NCBI GenBank assembly: GCA_003344405.1
Contig: NOWV01000016.1
Coordinates: 862,098-882,097 of the forward strand
Direction of reading: 5' to 3'
Length of the DNA stretch: 20,000 bases
Source of the DNA: Trichoplax sp. H2
Taxonomy: Eukaryota
In this document: one piece after another, positions 1-11,119 of the stretch
Layout: every line of letters begins with the position of its first letter
How positions within the stretch are numbered: position 1 is the stretch's first letter
Notes under the pieces: generated by a model
The model's input: the letters and a program-made list of their open reading frames with translations, nothing else
Told to the model about the DNA's origin: nothing
Databases searched by the model: none
Made by a program: the position numbers and the translations under genes

Positions 1-3
1 CAG

Positions 4-50
4 GTAAAGATCACGCACGTAGTGAAAAACCAGACGGTGAAGACCAACAG
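4..50 (+). other. Possible internal or penultimate exon of an upstream gene
   Basis: Flanked by cag| and |gtaac, open in two frames, and followed by an acceptor-like ttgcttgcag at ~158. Product not recognisable. Confidence 0.25.
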
Positions 51-140
51 GTAACATTCAACTCTTACCACAGAACATCGATCTAACATCTATGTCAATC
101 TGATATAATTTGTCATGGCTTTGGTCTACCTTACTACTAT

Positions 141-915
141 CACTGTTGTTGCTTGCAGTGAGAATTGAAGATATTCAAGCTAGGCACGATTCCTTTTCGA
201 TTTGAACTCTCTGCCACTTCTTGTCTTGTCTAGTCTATGCAGCGAGCTCAATCTTCCTAGGGAAATGAATGATACCCTCAAGACAATAACAAGGGCTAGA
301 CAGGCGACAGTCGCTGTTGGGGTGACCTGTTTACACGCTACAACAGTACTGGACGGTAAGTTATCCTACAGTGTACAGTACTGTCTCTACAGTAGCAACA
401 CTTGGTACTGTGAAGAAGTACTGTAGTACCTGAACTTACAGTACTGTACAGTATCATCGTTGCTTGCAGTGAGAATTGAAGATATTCAAGCTAGGCACGA
501 TTTCTTTTTGATTTGAACTCTCTGTCACTTCTTGTCTTGTCTAGTCTACGCAGCGAGCTCAATCTTCCTATGGAAATGAATGATGCCGTCAAGACAATAT
601 CACCGTTGTTGCTTGCAGTGAGAATAGAAGATATTAGAATACTGTACTATACTGTAGGAGTGTTCATTACTGTACAGTACTGTACTGTATACTAGGCATT
701 TTCTGGTACTGTACACTGTAGCGTTAGCAGTGTGCTTCACTGTTGGTAGTTGAACTCTATAGTATTTCATAGTCATAGTAGAATACTATACAAGTAGGAG
801 TGTTCATTTACAGTACAGTACAGTACAGTAGGAAGCTATCCTACAATGTACAGTACTTCTCTTACAGTAGCAACACTTCGTATTGTAGGAAAGTACTGTA
901 CTGGATCGTACTTGA
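141..915. repeat. Mosaic of short direct repeats interleaved with CAGTA tracts
   Basis: A ~145-bp unit (TTGCTTGCAGTGAGAATTGAAGATATT...CAAGACAATA) at ~141-288 and ~455-599, with a truncated third start at ~601-635. Second pair ~355-440 / ~830-918. Third pair ~636-690 / ~780-830. Confidence 0.88.
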
Positions 916-1348
916 AGTTGCCATATCATACTAGCATACTGTACAAGTTGATCGTGTTGATCTGCGACACGGTTTCAGGCGGTTTTCACCCTATTAAGCT
1001 GAAGTCAGTGGATGAGACGCCTTTTAAGAGTGAGCTACCTGCGGTATCATACTGTGTTGCAAACACGGTGTTGGCTCTTATACAAAGCCATATGGAGATA
1101 CTGTGATTCAATACGCTGTATTGATTTGTAGCACGGTTTTACTCTATACCGTCGGTTTTAGGTGGTACAGTCCAGTCGTACAGTATCGCATGACAGTGAG
1201 ACTTGCCTAACTACTGTACTAGAGTCAATAGTTCCGACGGCCTCCTTGTGCGCCCTTCAGCATCGGACTTGCACATTTTAGCCTTGTGCTTACTCTTCGT
1301 CAAAGCAACAGAAAGTGGCTATTAAAGATACCACTGGTAGTCGATATC

Positions 1349-2656
1349 ATGGTTGTGGCAATTCGTTTAGCACTGCATGGTTGTCGTCATCGACCTTTTT
1401 ACCATATAGTTGTTGCTAATAAAAGGAGTAAGAGGAATGGACTCCCACTTGAACAGGTAAAGCTCCAATGATGCCATATTGATAAGGGCTACATGAAGAT
1501 AGAGCCAACTTGATGCAGTATTTCCTAGCTACTTTTGCAGTTGTTAACCTCATCAATTTCTCCTTTTAGGTTGGTTCATTCGATCCATTACCTAATAGAA
1601 GCAATGAGAAATTGGTTGCTTTAAATATTGAGCGTATAAAGTAAGTTTTACGAATGTTACAACGTCAGTCGAGGAGCATCCTTTCGCTGCGTTGCAATAC
1701 TGCCTGTTTTGATACCTGTTCAAGATCTAGTTTAGCTTTCAAACCTTTCTCTATTTCAATATCGAAACCAAACCAAGCCAAGTATCTACATAAAATTCAG
1801 TGAGCTGCTGCACGTATCTCACTGCCCAATAAACTGCTTCTAAAATTACAAAATCATGCAACACGCAAGTGAACTTTGTATTCTATATCCAATAAAGAGA
1901 GGCTTATATTGTACGCGTAATAATTTCTCTAGAATGATAATGGAAATGTAATAGATTATAAATATAGCGAAAAGTAGCGCCTAGTTAATAGTTATCACAC
2001 TAGAATGGGGAATGGTGAACTGCTACGGTGCCATTCTATATTTCTTTCTAATGTCCCTTGTTGTCCACAATTTCGATACATTAAAAGTTAAGGCGGTACT
2101 TCATCATAGACATATTGGAAAAATCGATTCGTATATGAAAGATAAGCAGACTTGACATTTGCACTTTGGCAGTGTTTCAGATTTGGATGATAACACATTT
2201 TATAAATGCTATGCATATTGATACACTACAGTCCTAGAAATAAATAACTTAGTGGCCCATTAACGATTTATTTCTACGTTTCAGGTATTGGCTAGGTGTC
2301 GGAGCTCAACCTACTAAACCAGTTACAGCTCTTCTCGCCATGGTAACGATAGCATTGTAGCATATCGACTTCTTTATATTATCAATACATATGCTCCCTG
2401 TATACTATAGCATGTGTAACTTGGCTATTCTTAATTGAAACATAGTGGATCAGTCATAACGACATCAATATCCCCTTAGTACGGAGCGTACTTATCACAC
2501 TAGAATATATCTTATATGAGATAAGTGAAATAATTCTTTGTATTGTAGGCTGGAATATTACCGATACATCCTAGAATAGAATACGAAGCCACTAGAAGGT
2601 TAAAGATGAAAGAAAGTAATAAAAATACTGAAGCATCGGAAGACACTACTGCTTAA
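1349..2656 (+). CDS. MRPS16: Mitochondrial ribosomal protein S16 (bS16m), 114 aa, 4 exons: 1349-1456, 1570-1640, 2285-2342, 2549-2656
   Basis: The spliced translation MVVAIRLALHGCRHRPFYHIVVANKRSKRNGLPLEQ|VGSFDPLPNRSNEKLVALNIERIK|YWLGVGAQPTKPVTALLAM|AGILPIHP... carries the S16 motifs IRL..GC..RPFY.IVV, GSFDP and YWL..GAQPT..V. All introns are GT-AG with matching phases (0,2,0). Total 345 nt. Confidence 0.95.
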
Positions 2657-3247
2657 AAGGCTTTTATAGTACGCTAGTAACCATATAGGCGTACTTGTAT
2701 CTGCTGCGTTAACGTTTGCATTTAGGTATAGCCTCTCGAAGAAATAATCACAGCTGTTGCATACCGTGCTTCGAAAACTTCAATTTAATAGCGAAAGGCA
2801 TTGTACTATACACTGTATGACCTGTTATGATATATTTAAAGACAAATCAAATATTGTTTATTTAAGTATACTTATAATTAAGATATATATATATATATGT
2901 GCTCGTATATATTTTATATTATGTGATCAATTTGATGTAAGTGCACATGTAGACCTAAGAATTTTGCCATCATACAAAAATGTAAAAATGTAAGAGTATA
3001 CCTAGTTTTTGTTATTATGAATGTAATTGCCATTTAGACTGTTTTTTAAAACTCCTGCAAGGAGCCGTGATATTAAGCTGATATTCATAGCAAAAATAAA
3101 TAATGACACTCCAATAGCAGCATTTGAGCGTACTATCGTATGCATTGTACATCCTTATTACTTTCAAGCGTCAAATATTTATGAAGACCTTTATCTATTC
3201 AATACGATAGGTCGACAGCCTCTAATGTACAAATACGGATTTAAATT

Positions 3248-4818
3248 TTAATATTTCTTTTTCGTTTCCAACGATTCCATTAGAGCTGGAGCACCCCATA
3301 CTGTCGTAAATACAGATCTGCATATGAAGGATTGATGTAGTTAATCCCAGTAGTAAAAGTAAATAATATAAATATGCCAGATAAAAATTAGTTATGATGC
3401 TTTACCTTTCAAACTGCAATGCCTGATCAGTCCCTAAATCATCAGCATAAGTAACTATTTGTTTTATTCCTCTTATAGAATTTACAGGACCATCAATGAT
3501 TTTCTTTAACCAATTCATACCTGCATGTAAGGTTACCTACAATTTGGCAATGGAAATAGGCAAATAATCTTATTTCTTTTACGAGTATGATTAATTAATT
3601 AGTTTGCATAATTCAGCTGACGCAAAGTCTTCATCATGGACTGGTATCTTAACAGTCATACAGTATACAATATCTAGATATATTAAGTCGCTACTAACTT
3701 GATCACTGCTTATTATGTCATCGGCAAGACCGTACTGCAGAGCATCCTTTGCAGTTATTTTAATACTACCAGCAAGTAATCTCAAAGCCATACGCCTTCC
3801 AACAATATTTACTAATCTTGAACCACCGCCCCAGCCAGGTGTCACTCCTCTTTTGACATGAACGAAACGTATCTCTAAAGTGAACAAGATCATAAGATAT
3901 AATTTACCAGTATTGGATATCGAATTGAGCTAATTTCGTAATGTCATAAAAAGTTGATCAATGTAAAACATCGTACCTGCATTTTTTGAGATCAATCGAA
4001 AATCGCACGCTGTAGTTAGCTACATGTGTATGAATATATAGCACGATCAAAATAATGTTAATATCATCTTCATGACTTTAATTTAACATAAATTACATAC
4101 GAAGAGTCAAACAAATTTCGCTACAGGATGGAAAGAGGTAGTTATCTAATAATTAAAAATCATATAACTTGTAGGGGATTTAAAACACTATCCCTACAAT
4201 ACCATTTCATCTTGACAGAGGTATGTGTATGTTACGCTCAGTACGGAAGCAATAAAGCAGTGATCTTCCATAGTTGTTATAAAAAAGTCGTTGCAGGATT
4301 AATCAATTTACCTCAGCACCTCCACCGAGAGCTTTGCCTTCAATAACTGCTAGGCTAATCATAGGTAAACGTTTAAGCCTGGTCAGTGTTGTTTGCATTA
4401 ACTCACACATTGCTTCCCCATGTTCAGGTGAATTAAATTGTTTAGCGAGATTTAAATCTGCTCCACTGCAGAAAGTACTACTTGCACCAATCAAAATAAC
4501 TCCTTTGCCTTCTTTCCACTCTTCCAGTTGGTTAATAGCATCTCTCAATTGTACCATCATGCTACCACTTAAAGCATTACGAATTCTTTCATTATCGATT
4601 GTTAATACAGCGATTTTGCTATCATCGAACTTTTCTAATTTAATTTTACCACCTTCAACTTTTTGTAGTTGTTGTATTATACTTGTATTATCAGTATCAC
4701 TCAATACAGATGTTCTACTTAGATGGCGATAGCAACCCTTTCGATTGATTACACAGCTTATGCGATTCACTGTACATAATAATTCATTTCTATTCTGAAT
4801 GGACATAAAACGCCACAT
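3248..4818 (-). CDS. ECHDC1: Ethylmalonyl-CoA decarboxylase (enoyl-CoA hydratase/crotonase fold), 308 aa, 5 exons: 4818-4312, 4019-3977, 3874-3699, 3536-3406, 3317-3248
   Basis: Crotonase motifs RNALSG.MM..L, FCSGADL and ALGGGAE|LTTACDFRL, plus ECHDC1-type IRFVH...G..PGWGG..RL..IVG and C-terminal E|R..F.TVWGAPA. All introns are GT-AG with consistent phases (0,1,0,2). Total 927 nt. Confidence 0.92.
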
Positions 4819-4995
4819 TATTTATTCCAGACTGTAATTCATCTAAAACACAAGTAAAATGAATTTCGTGCTAACTAAATTTATGCTGCAGAACTCTTTT
4901 AAGTCACGGTTTAATCCACAGCATCTCTGCCAAAGCAAATCCTAGCCAAGATCTCAAAGTAGCAGGCAGGCGCACCGGGATGAAAAGTCCAAGCT

Positions 4996-5062
4996 AGTCC
5001 AGTACGGAACGGTACCGTACTGGACTGGACCGGACCGGACAGGTACCGTTCTGGACTGGACT
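4996..5062. promoter_or_regulatory. GC-rich inverted/direct repeat in the ECHDC1-SURF6 divergent intergenic region (candidate bidirectional promoter element)
   Basis: A perfect 12-bp stem, AGTCCAGTACGG (4996-5007) / CCGTACTGGACT (5015-5026), and a direct repeat GGTACCGT(A/T)CTGGACTGGAC at 5011 and 5042. The regulatory role is inferred from position only. Confidence 0.45.
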
Positions 5063-5503
5063 AAATAGTTCAAGTGCTCAACAGCCGAACCTTGCAAAAA
5101 AAGTGCGGTATAAATTATTATTCGAGTACTGCAGTTCTTAACACTTTACTGTCAACAGCAGTATTAGAGGATAGCTTATTACTGTAGCCAGCAACCAACT
5201 TGCTCAACTCGTGGCCTGGTAAAATTGCAGGATACTTGCTGGCTAATTGCAGACTTGCAGCTGCCTTGATTCAAATCAAGGCCGTAAGATATTGAATAGA
5301 TAGAGTAAATAGAATAGACTCCTGTGATAGGAAGAATACAGTAGCTCAAAATAGCTAATACAAGCTACGATTTTATAGAAAGTGCTGATTAATTGACTGC
5401 ATAGTAACAACTTGTAGCTTGCTTATTCATCCCTTAGTCGTTTAGGTGTGCCTGTGCAGCTGTGCTCCAATATTCCTACGATATTCTAAACGATTGGTAT
5501 ACG

Positions 5504-6442
5504 ATGGCTGCAATAGATTCCCTTAAAGCGCATTCACAATATTTAAATACTGCACTAGAGCTAATACCAGCTAAGATTTATTTTAGCAATGATGGAATTA
5601 AAGAAAAATACTGGCGTAAGGAGAAACGGAAGAGTAATTCACAACAAAATAAAGCTGCAGCAAAACTAAGCAAAAAGTTAAAGCTAGATCCAGCTCAACA
5701 CAAGAGTAATTTGGACATAGCCAAAGAACGAGACGAGCAGGAAAAGATCTCTAAATCTGTTGCAAGTGATGAGGAAATCGAACAATCGCCAGTAAAAGCA
5801 GCAGGTTCGGACGTGAACTCTGTTAAGCTTGCTTTTCGGAATAAATTACATCAATTAGAAAAGAAACGGAAAAAAACGTCGCAAAATGATACAGCAATGA
5901 CTACTAAAATCAAGAAGAGACGAGAAGATAGTCGGAAGAAGGCTAAAAAGACCAAGAAGGTTGCACCTGCTCAATCTAATATCTCGAAAAGTCAACAATC
6001 GAATAATGATGATCAAAATAGCGCAAAGAGTAATAAATTACTTTATAGCAAGTTTGAAATTGATAAGCAAGTTTCTAGTAATCCGAAAGTCAAGAAAAAG
6101 AAAAAGGACCTTCAGCAAATGCTTAAATCTATCGAAGATAAAGAAGCCAAAATGAAAGAAATAGCTAAAACCGACAAAGCAAAAGCGACGGAACTGAAGG
6201 ATAAGATGGTATGGAAGAGCGCTATAGAAAAGGCGAGGGGTAATAGAGTCAAGGATGATCCTAAATTGTTAAGAAAGACTATTAAGCGTCAAGAGCAAAA
6301 GAAAGAAAAAAGTAAAAAGGATTGGAATAATAGAGTGCAAGCACAGCAGAACGCCATGAAGGAACGTCAGAAGAAACGAAAAGCTAATATTAAAGAGAGA
6401 GTACAACGTAAAAAGGTGAAGAAAATCAAGAAAGCAAAGTAA
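5504..6442 (+). CDS. SURF6: Surfeit locus protein 6 / RRP14 nucleolar ribosome-biogenesis factor, 312 aa, single coding exon
   Basis: N-terminal RRP14-type motif L..HS......LELIPAK.YF, a Lys-rich middle, and a C-terminal SURF6 domain (LLYSKFE, W..A..KA.G..VKDDPKLL.K..KR....K.KS...W..R, RQKKR..NI..R). First in-frame ATG is at 5504, downstream of a probable 5'UTR acceptor (gtttag, ~5446). Confidence 0.93.
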   Translation: MAAIDSLKAHSQYLNTALELIPAKIYFSNDGIKEKYWRKEKRKSNSQQNKAAAKLSKKLKLDPAQHKSNLDIAKERDEQEKISKSVASDEEIEQSPVKAAGSDVNSVKLAFRNKLHQLEKKRKKTSQNDTAMTTKIKKRREDSRKKAKKTKKVAPAQSNISKSQQSNNDDQNSAKSNKLLYSKFEIDKQVSSNPKVKKKKKDLQQMLKSIEDKEAKMKEIAKTDKAKATELKDKMVWKSAIEKARGNRVKDDPKLLRKTIKRQEQKKEKSKKDWNNRVQAQQNAMKERQKKRKANIKERVQRKKVKKIKKAK

Positions 6443-6509
6443 AAGTTTAATGCATTGATTGGATTATTTTAATCTTCATCATTAAATTAATGTGGATTTA
6501 ATACTTCAA

Positions 6510-8714
6510 ATGAAAGTTAATTTGTTAAGTCATTTCTGAAATTTTATGCATAACTAGATCTGAGATATGTCAATTTTCATAATATAATGTATTGATGCAG
6601 GAGATACGTGTACATACATGTTAAGCAGTATTGCTGGTGGAAATACACACGTAATTTAAAATCTTAAATTAATTGCATGTTGAGAATAGTAAAATAGCTT
6701 AAGCGGTAGAGGATTATATAAAACTAACATCGAACGTCATAATTGTGCACCTTTTGTGAATGAAAGCTCTTGCGAGTGGTTGCCATCTATCGTTATAATA
6801 CGCTTTTAGTTATCACTTCCTGGTGTTGAAGGTTAACAATCTATGTAAAAAACAGAGATCAAGCCTGCTCAAAATGCTCATACTGGACAGTGTGTTATCC
6901 ACAACACTCTTTGTTTTGAGTCTTTCGTTCAGAAACAGTTTTGCTCGCTTTGATATAAGGACGGATTAGATATAATCATATAAATGTTGATGCAAAGTTC
7001 CCTCACCTCTTTTAATGTTATCTTACTAGTTTAAAGTAACTGCTTTATTTCAATATTTCATGAAGCTAATCTTGCCTAGTTTGCTGATCATGCTAGCTAT
7101 CTAAGCCTAATGTAAATGTTTATCACCGAGGATCGCACTGCTAGCTTACTAGAGTTACTGTACACTACATTCTGCAAACGAATGAGTCATGAAGCAGTCA
7201 GATTTAAGAATTTACTCCTTTTTTATAACGTTTTGCTACTCCTTGATGTAATCTACGATATGAATGGTACTAACGATGCGGATTTCTTGTTATGCATGAG
7301 CGCATTATGAATACGTACATTAAGGCTGCACGATTAGCAGCACGAAGTTTGATTTATATGATATCGGTTTACTGTTAAGAAAATTTTTTAAGGCTGAAGA
7401 TCAAATCGTAATGTGCAATCTATATCAAGAATACAGAATTATCTACTCATCCTGCATCCTTCAGCAATCTTATCTGAAAGTTGTTAGCGAATTATTGGAT
7501 AAAACTCTATTACTATATATAATATCATGTCTTACATGCTTACCTCTGTAAGTACTCATTGTTAGTTTGTCGCCCATAGTGGTGCAAATAAATCAATATC
7601 CATGGTTTATAAATAGCGTACCTATTAGCATGATGCATAAAGCAACTAAAAATTCTGTGGTTTATTTTAACCGCCAAACGTTAATTAACAAACGCAAGGT
7701 AATGAATATTTTTTCTTATTCCATTCCTTTATATTTGATTCGCAAATAGGGTTTGAGGCTATTATTAAGTAATTTGAATTAGATTCTTGCTATACCTTCA
7801 GGAATAAGATACTTAATACGGCACAGTAGGTGTCTATTGCCTGCGATACTGGAAAGGTTTGTCCTTCTCGATATTTGACAATATTAAAAGGCTATCTCAG
7901 ATATACATATACTAATAAGATTAGTAATGGGATAATTTCGTTATCGAGATATACTGTACTGTACTGTACTATACTATGCCATTTCTACTGGTGGATGCGT
8001 AAAATTGCTTTGTACAAGTTATTAGTTGTAGTCGAGATTTATATTAAATCGTTGAATGTTCGCAAAATTCATTTATTGACGTTGTTCTCACAGCGGTGGA
8101 TATTAGCCTGAAAAATGTTTCAGATTAGCTTCACTTTATGTATGTATATGTGAAACCTAAATGCATACAGAGAGCTATGGCGAGCACATGTGTAGGTTGC
8201 ATAGATAGATCGTAGGTAATTCAATAATTGATCAGAGAAAATATAGTATAGTAGTTTGCAGTAAATTTCTGCGACTGTATGATATACGCGTATAGCACAA
8301 TAGAAATGTAAAATTTGGCATAGCATATGCATGATTCACGCACCCATAATAATATAAATCTATTCATGAACTACTGAAATATTTCCCTGAATTTTGCAAA
8401 CTTTAATCTCCACTATCTGCGGATATGATGTGTTTATGACTCCAACCTATGTTCGCCAGATGAACATTGTTGTTTGCATTTGTACAACAATACAGTAGAT
8501 CATGTTGTATCGAAATATAAATTCATGATGGTCCTCAGTCATTCATACACTATTTCATACTTTGTAGTATTACACACTACACAATTCGGATCAAGTCTAA
8601 TACTGTTAGTTAATTTCTTTTGAATGTAAATCATTGAAATCGTACAGCAAAATTCTTATAGCAAGGAGAGTTAGCTGAATAAAGACATGGACTACTAAAA
8701 TTGAAGAGCTTCAT
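6510..8714 (-). pseudogene. Possible decayed TNF-receptor-like / death-domain receptor
   Basis: Ordered fragments across frames: signal-like, Cys-rich, Ser/Thr-rich, hydrophobic, then death-domain-like DRWQPLARAF and LRS/VMHKI/RNDL. Many frameshifts and stops; recognised by eye only. Confidence 0.33.
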
Positions 8715-8735
8715 CCTGACAGTCCAGTTAGAACA

Positions 8736-8918
8736 GGACAGTACAGTACAGTAAACGGTATGCAGTGTGTAGTACTAAATACTGTAGAATACAGTAATAT
8801 ACTGTACATACAGAACTGTATCATCGCTTAAGCTAATATATTTACTATGAGTATCTGAGTAATCGGGTGATTGTGTACCGTAGTGTACAGTACAGTACAG
8901 TACAGCACAGTACTGTAG
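8736..8918. repeat. Degenerate (CAGTA/TACTG)n pentamer tract; similar tracts at ~340-455, 640-905, 7951-7975, 14255-14420 and 14845-15015
   Basis: Visible runs such as tacagtacagtacagtacag in both orientations, which create CAGTACTG palindromes. Confidence 0.9.
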
Positions 8919-9526
8919 GTTCGTACGATACGGTCGTTCATAACGGCTCATAATTTTCAACTAAATTTCGGTGAAATCCATGGAAACCATTCATCCAAAT
9001 TTGCAATGTGGCAATCACATGATTTTCTCTGCAATATTTTTTATTATGAAGTTATTTATTTGTACGTGATGTGCCTTTTGTCTACAATCTTTTACCTTAA
9101 CTTTTAATTAAGACACCGAGCAAAAGTTCAAACAAACAAAAGAGTCTAAAATTTCAAAAAATGTCCGTACAATAGAGTTGACAGCACTTCAAATGATTAC
9201 AGTACTGTCGCTAACTGTTGTCAATCGACATTACGTCACGTAAAAGAAAAGGTTACAGCGCGTATTCCTCGTTAAGTGTACTAGGACTATTTACAATTGG
9301 TGCACTCTACAAGGTAGCTAAGCTGCTCAATCTATAGTACTGTACTGCAGCGTATGCTCGGTAGATTGAAGGATTTTCAACCTTAATTTAAGTTGAAAGC
9401 CTTCTTAATAAGCAAACAATAGCCTCAGTTAGCTTTAAATACGCTACAGAGCTTCAAACAAAATTCACTTCTCCCTGGATTGCTTTGAGTTCGTCATCGA
9501 CTCTACTTTCAAAATAAAACACAGAT

Positions 9527-10303
9527 ATGTATCGTTTTTTGATTCTTGTCTCTCTCGTTGGTATTGCTATTGCAACTGCACCTAAACCATGCTGTACACC
9601 AAAGCAATGGGAAGGGGTTGTTGAAGCAGCCGGCATGAATGTAGTTGGAAAAGGAAAAACTGCTATGAACTCGACCTTTCGCGTTTTAATGCATGCTTCA
9701 TATGATTACCAAAATAGCAGGATTAGAATTGATGAGGACGTATATCCGACTGGTGGTAAGAAAGTCCGTATTACAATCATCGGCGACTTTAAGAAAGCAA
9801 AGAAGGTCTATACTGTTTACAACGGCAAGTGCACCTCACTTTCCACCAAATCACCAATGCCCGAGGCCTGCGTTCCTAAGAACGCTACTTTCTATATGGG
9901 AGGTACGCTTGGAGCTACATTAAAGTATAATACCTTCGCTTATGCCAAAAAAGATGGATCCTTGGGAGCGATAATTGATGTATCTGCAACGGGTTGCATT
10001 CCAATTGCCGAATTAGCTTTCCAGAAAGCAAAGATACAGGGTAAAGCTAATACCGAATATATTGCAGCTTGGTTCAAGAACATTACTGCAGGAATCAAAG
10101 ACTCCTCAGTTTTCGACAAGCCGAAAGAATGCAAGTCTAGTAAAGATTTGGAAAATGTCGTTGTTGACTTTGATTACTTGAAGTACTTCCAGTCTCGTCT
10201 CTTTACGGTATCTAGAGAAAATAAGATGTACTTACAGGAATCCGTTGAAGATCTATTCCGAAAAGACTCCGTTAGACGCTTGCATGAAACATTCCTATTT
10301 TAG
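9527..10303 (+). CDS. Ependymin-related protein (EPDR family), copy 1, 258 aa, secreted, intronless CDS
   Basis: Signal peptide MYRFLILVSLVGIAIA. Ependymin motifs CC.PKQWEG, SYD..N.RIR, D.KK..Y....G.C, CVP.NAT, V...GCIP and F.NIT.GI.D.SVF..P..C. Six Cys (22, 23, 102, 115, 157, 202) and three N-glycosylation sequons. Confidence 0.9.
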   Translation: MYRFLILVSLVGIAIATAPKPCCTPKQWEGVVEAAGMNVVGKGKTAMNSTFRVLMHASYDYQNSRIRIDEDVYPTGGKKVRITIIGDFKKAKKVYTVYNGKCTSLSTKSPMPEACVPKNATFYMGGTLGATLKYNTFAYAKKDGSLGAIIDVSATGCIPIAELAFQKAKIQGKANTEYIAAWFKNITAGIKDSSVFDKPKECKSSKDLENVVVDFDYLKYFQSRLFTVSRENKMYLQESVEDLFRKDSVRRLHETFLF

Positions 10304-11119
10304 GCTGTCATAAACAATACTTGTACTAGCAGTAAAGTAGATCAGCTCGGATGATGAATCATATCTACATATACTGTACAAGGCTACTCGATTCGGTGTG
10401 TAGTACCTATATCTCCACAATAGCTTACCTGTACAACCTAGACGTCCAGAATAATCTAATTGTAATGTAGTGTAGCATTTGTAGGACGTTGTGATATGAT
10501 TAATAAGATACTATCATCATATGTTCAACATTGCTGTATAAATGTCAGCTACGAGATATACCATCGCTGAAGTATTTTCAACATGTTGTGTCTATGAGTC
10601 CCTATTATAATTATTAGACTGTAGATAATTTTAAATATAAGAGATATGGGTACTGTTAAAGCAAAATAAAATATGTTTTTTAAAAAAGATATGAATATTT
10701 CTTTAAAAATAACACGGAATAGTTAAAGCAAATTATTAGAAGCTTTTACAAACATAATGATTGTAAATTGCGAAGGCGATAGAATGCTGTGAATAATCGA
10801 TTGGCAATTATAATTTAACCAGAAGTAAATGCAGTACATACTCGTACGTGTTGTTCATAGTTAGTGCGTGGCATGTAAACAAGCGCGCCTAATTCGCTTG
10901 TTTCGTAGTAATTGCATGAGAACAGTTTAGAAATACGGATAATATATGATTGTTATCCGTTAAGCGCTTACATCGGTTACTTCAATATTTAAACTAAGTT
11001 ACTTTGAATTTTTAGTATTGCAACTGCCATAGTGGGGCGGTTTCAGGGTTTAGGTTACCTCTTTATGCTTTCTGTGTTAAGCTACCTATAGATTTAAGAC
11101 CTATCTGTGATTTTATATG

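Noticed and set aside
141-915. CRISPR-like or transposon interpretation of the repeats
   Set aside because: Eukaryotic context, irregular unit lengths, no spacer periodicity, and no terminal repeats, target-site duplications or transposase.
202-1106. ORFs 202-426, 513-695 and 846-1106
   Set aside because: They are translations of duplicated and CAGTA-rich DNA (YCTV-type runs); two have non-ATG starts and none shows a recognisable domain.
2757-3251. ORFs 2757-2993 and 3027-3251 and the (TA)n run near 2883-2898
   Set aside because: AT-rich convergent 3'UTR or intergenic DNA with non-ATG starts; an ordinary microsatellite.
4334-4732. 132-aa plus-strand ORF
   Set aside because: Antisense shadow of ECHDC1 exon 1.
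9454-10134. ORFs 9454-9636, 9693-9923, 9940-10134 and 16024-16224
   Set aside because: Antisense or alternative-frame shadows of the EPDR coding sequences.
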